In this document: one piece after another, positions 25,001 through 27,072 of the stretch | How positions within the stretch are numbered: position 1 is the first letter of the stretch | Layout of the letters: every line of letters starts with the position of its first letter | DNA from: an uncultured Verrucomicrobiota bacterium | GTDB taxonomy: Bacteria; Verrucomicrobiota; Kiritimatiellia; Kiritimatiellales; Tichowtungiaceae | Assembly: GCA_964542135.1 (NCBI GenBank) | Contig: CAZITJ010000019.1 | Span: forward strand, 1-27,072 | Direction: 5' to 3' | DNA: 27,072 bases | Notes under the pieces: model-generated | Databases searched by the model: none | Told to the model about the DNA's origin: nothing | Seen by the model: the letters and a program-made list of their open reading frames with translations, nothing else | Position numbers and translations under genes: made by a program

Positions 25001-25413
25001 TAAGCATCGAGCAATTCGTCGAACGAAATCTGTTCGAGGGATGGTAGTTTGGTTCCCGGTCCGATGGAGCCGAAGACATAGCGCGGCTGATCGGGCGTTG
25101 AAAAGTCGTCGGCGCATTCCCGGGCGAGGGTTGCGGCGGCTTTGTTGATTTCGTAGGCGCGGTCGGAAAGGTTGTATTCGCCGAGTGTCACCGGTGAGGC
25201 TCCGAAGGAGTTGGTTTCCACGGCGTCCGATCCGGCTTCGAGATAGGCGCGGTGCAGGCCGCGAATCATGTCCGGTGCGGAAAGGTTGAGCCATTCGTTG
25301 CAGCCCTCGACATCGCCCCATTGTTCCGCCGTGATGTCGCAGTTTTGTAAAAACGTACCGGCTGCGCCATCAAGCAGCAGCGTTCCCTGATTCAGTCGTT
25401 CCTTTAGTTTCAT
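22024..25413 (-). CDS. metH: Cobalamin-dependent methionine synthase
   Basis: All four modules are present. Hcy-binding: LLDGAAGT..GGCCGTTP. Pterin-binding: ERANATGSKKF. B12-binding: GDVHDIGKN, the DxHxxG motif. AdoMet activation domain: C-terminal region. ATG at 25413 (MKLKERLNQGTLLLDGA) fits homologous N-termini; the 75-codon upstream extension in the ORF track is not MetH-like. Confidence 0.95.
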   Translation of the reverse strand: MKLKERLNQGTLLLDGAAGTFLQNCDITAEQWGDVEGCNEWLNLSAPDMIRGLHRAYLEAGSDAVETNSFGASPVTLGEYNLSDRAYEINKAAATLARECADDFSTPDQPRYVFGSIGPGTKLPSLEQISFDELLDAYKIQIQGLLDGGVDGLIIETCQDPLQIKAALAAADDILGPDSEIVRYVSVTVETTGTLLVGTSPAAAATILAPYPIDVLGLNCATGPDAMEHHLDTFGELWPAKLACMPNAGMPEARPDGSVNYPLKPEEFSAKVTALAKTHNLSIIGGCCGTTPGHIRQLRQKIQTEGRKEHEGTFNKVEQVASLFSPVELTQEPAPLFIGERANATGSKKFRDTLLADDYENAFHILTEQQETGAHVLDLSCGYAGRDERKDIAVLVPRMARECTAPMMIDSTSADVIEDALKLYGGRAMINSINFEDGGERAERVVPMARRYGAALVGLTIDEKGMAMNAEDKFAVAKRLTEFCIERGLRAEDLLIDPLTFTICSGDDTLRDAAFQTLEAIRRIKAEIPGVRTMLGLSNISFGLKPALRKVLNAVFLHQAIEAGMDACIINVAAIVPLNQIPDDLRTGAEALLANDQSNGDPLENYINLLEEASTEEEVAVEERPADEVLADAIIRGKVPWLEGAVPPLLKEHAAEDILNNMMLPAMKEVGRLFNDGIMQLPFVLKSAEVMKRAVDMIKPYMKTTEADETVPLVVLATVAGDVHDIGKNLVGIILSNNGFDTVDLGIKVPVEQMMEAVKEHNAAALGMSGLLVKSTAIMAENMKILEHGGFKTPVLLGGAALSAEFVDQACRPHYSGGVLYCKDAFAGLAAMQTLQETGNLPEYVAPTRDGVGCDVPDSGNEEETEAEPIARDVPVPDVEIATWVNEDISLDDIWNYLDLTGMIKGAWGYKQGKLSDKEYQKLLDEEVYPKLDDLKELARAVFEPRVIYGFFECRSEGDRFFLNDPNTGKEIAMEFPRQKKAPHRCLADFFRPDRDICALSAVTLGQQVMDKEHELRDADRYHDYLLFHGLAVMTAEALNEWMHRQIRLQWGSDEGILTLHEVWERKLDQGRFGFGYAACPDLEGNKVVCDLLDTDRIGLNVTELFMCDPEVSTIALITHHPQSCYFDL

Positions 25414-25460
25414 GCGGTGCAATGTAGCAGGGAAAATCGGATGATGCAACTTATATATCC

Positions 25461-25484
25461 TAAAATCCGGATAAACGGATTTTA
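25461..25484. repeat. 9-bp-arm inverted repeat TAAAATCCG gataaa CGGATTTTA in the divergent metH/helicase intergenic region
   Basis: Read directly. It lies about 50 nt upstream of the metH ATG, next to TATATAAG-like -10 candidates. Confidence 0.45.
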
Positions 25485-25620
25485 TCGCTTTCAGGGGCTG
25501 GAAACATGGCGTCCACTGCTTGGAAAAAATATCCGCTTCGCTTCCACGCCCTGAAAAAAAGGGGCCCCCTTTCTCAAAAATTATTCTCCATTCCCGAGTG
25601 TGGGGGTATGCTCTATTCCG

Positions 25621-27072
25621 ATGAGCATAAATCAACATACATTCGGAGAGGTTTCAGACCGTGCTACACAGATTCACCGCACGCCCGCATCCTCTGAAGA
25701 GGCATCCGCGGTCTTCCCCGAAAATTTTGAGGTAACACCGGAATACAAACGCTGCATCAGGGAGCTGGAGGGCGGAACCCCTGTCGTGTTTGTCTCCGGT
25801 AAAGCGGGGACCGGAAAATCCACCCTCATCCACTATATTCGATCTGCCGGGAAAAAAAGGAATATCGTGCTGGCCTATACCGGTGTTTCGGCCATGACCA
25901 TCGGCGGGCAAACCATCAACTCCTTTTTCGGATTTCCGTGGGCTCCTTTGAGTGAGAATCTGATTAAAACGATAACATACCGATCCCGGCTTGATCTGCT
26001 CAACAAACTCGAACTTCTGATTATTGATGAAGTTTCCATGCTTCGTGCGGATTTTCTCGACGGCATCAACTGGTACCTTCAAAAAAACCGGAAGAACGGA
26101 CGCGGGAAACCTTTCGGAGGCGTTCAGCTTCTGCTGGTCGGAGACATGTTCCAGCTGCCTCCCATTGCAACGCATCGGAACAATGAGCTCCAATCCCTGC
26201 TGGACGCAGGCTATCCGGATCTCTTTTTTTTCTGCGCAAAATCACTGCGAAACCAGCGCTTTTCAGCCATTGAACTCACCAAAATATTTCGACAGGAAAA
26301 CCAGGAGTTCCAGGCCGTTCTCAACAAAATCCGTGAAGGAAGAGACACCCCGGGGGCCATCGCCTTCCTGAACCGCCGTTGCCCGGTCATTCCCGATCCG
26401 CCCAAGGACCGTCTCTGCATTACCAGCCGCGTAAAAACCGCTCAGCGAATCAACGACATGCGCCTCAACGAGCTGCCGGGGAAAACACACCGCTTCAGCG
26501 CCGACTACATCGGAACCTGCGAGCGGATGAAAAACGGCGCCTCGGGAACAAAAGCAAACCGGCTTCCGGCCCCCGATCCGCTGGAGCTGAAAGTCGGCGC
26601 ACAGGTCATGCTGTTGCGCAACGACACCAGGGGCCGCTGGGTCAACGGCAGCATGGCCACCGTTCTGGAAATCAAACCGGAAGATGCTCTGATCCAGGTC
26701 AAAATCCATGAAAGCGGCCTTGTGGCCAACATCGGAAAAAACAACTGGGAAGAGAAAAAATACAAATACGACGAAACAAGCGACACCATCAAAGGCGAAG
26801 TGACCGGGGTCTTTACGCAGTATCCATTAAACCTTGCCTGGGCAACCACCATCCACAAGGCTCAAAGCAAAACCATCGACAAAATCCACATCGATCTGCA
26901 GGGCGGTGCTTTTGCCAGCGGGCAGACCTACGTCGCCCTCAGCCGATGCCCCTCGGTGGAAAACATCTCGCTGGCCCGTCCGCTCAAAGAAACCGATATC
27001 CGGGTTTCAGACACCATCACCCGCTTCTTCAACACCCTCTCACCGCCCCCCGGCGATGCCCCTGTGAGCTAA
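25621..27072 (+). CDS. Pif1-family (RecD-like SF1B) DNA helicase
   Basis: Walker A VSGKAGTGKST. Walker B LLIIDEVSM. Pif1 signature region KPFGGVQLLLVGDMFQLPPI. C-terminal WATTIHKAQSKT and GQTYVALSR. The TAA stop falls at the last window base. Start is ATG 25621, or GTG 25600. Confidence 0.85.
   Translation: MSINQHTFGEVSDRATQIHRTPASSEEASAVFPENFEVTPEYKRCIRELEGGTPVVFVSGKAGTGKSTLIHYIRSAGKKRNIVLAYTGVSAMTIGGQTINSFFGFPWAPLSENLIKTITYRSRLDLLNKLELLIIDEVSMLRADFLDGINWYLQKNRKNGRGKPFGGVQLLLVGDMFQLPPIATHRNNELQSLLDAGYPDLFFFCAKSLRNQRFSAIELTKIFRQENQEFQAVLNKIREGRDTPGAIAFLNRRCPVIPDPPKDRLCITSRVKTAQRINDMRLNELPGKTHRFSADYIGTCERMKNGASGTKANRLPAPDPLELKVGAQVMLLRNDTRGRWVNGSMATVLEIKPEDALIQVKIHESGLVANIGKNNWEEKKYKYDETSDTIKGEVTGVFTQYPLNLAWATTIHKAQSKTIDKIHIDLQGGAFASGQTYVALSRCPSVENISLARPLKETDIRVSDTITRFFNTLSPPPGDAPVS

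Noticed and set aside
22282-25321. Multiple 80-250 aa ORFs on both strands within metH (e.g. 23050-23793 plus strand, 24845-25321 minus strand off-frame)
   Set aside because: They are off-frame or antisense products of a GC-rich gene, with Arg/Pro-rich composition. MetH homology fully explains the region.
25414-25638. 75-codon N-terminal extension of the metH ORF. Similar extensions occur for nrdD (20525-20590), uvsE (3158-3271), the GNAT (7078-7323), chrA (2151-2180) and acyP (21800-21817).
   Set aside because: The extensions are not homologous to the respective families, overlap upstream genes or intergenic promoters, and better starts with an RBS or ATGA coupling exist downstream.
1-27072. 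Screen for tRNA/rRNA genes, CRISPR repeat-spacer arrays, intact IS elements and integrases
   Set aside because: I saw no T-arm/GTTCGAATC-type signatures, no regularly spaced direct repeats, and no transposase or integrase ORFs. Only the weak relic-like signals in 16919-17265 are reported, as findings.

Overview
GC-rich bacterial chromosomal segment with diderm features (TolC-type outer-membrane factor, RND pump) and an anaerobic lifestyle (class III ribonucleotide reductase). It is mostly housekeeping, with three visibly lower-GC insertions. Order left to right: a CDS tail; a complete DarT-DarG module (-); chrA overlapping a UV-damage endonuclease (+); a hexapeptide acyltransferase; an S41 C-terminal processing peptidase; tsaD, a GNAT and an M20 peptidase chained by ATGA overlaps (+); a translationally coupled marR-tolC-MFP-RND efflux operon (-); and an nrd locus (-). 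In the nrd locus, nrdD plus a CxxC thioredoxin-fold gene are separated from nrdG by a strong terminator, about 470 bp of non-coding but highly structured DNA, and a low-GC RelE/HigB-like toxin plus XRE antitoxin pair whose stop codon overlaps the nrdG start. The window continues with an ispD-like gene (+), acylphosphatase (-), cobalamin-dependent methionine synthase metH (-) and a stand-alone Pif1-family helicase (+). I found no rRNA, tRNA, CRISPR array or intact IS element. The parts most worth follow-up are the interrupted nrd locus (TA insertion, inverted-repeat-bounded multi-hairpin element, interrupted coding-like frame, redoxin partner), the DarTG islet, an AT-rich palindrome array between nrdG and marR, and an IspD-like protein lacking the canonical CTP-binding loop. 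All calls rest on remembered family motifs and hand inspection. No database search was run.
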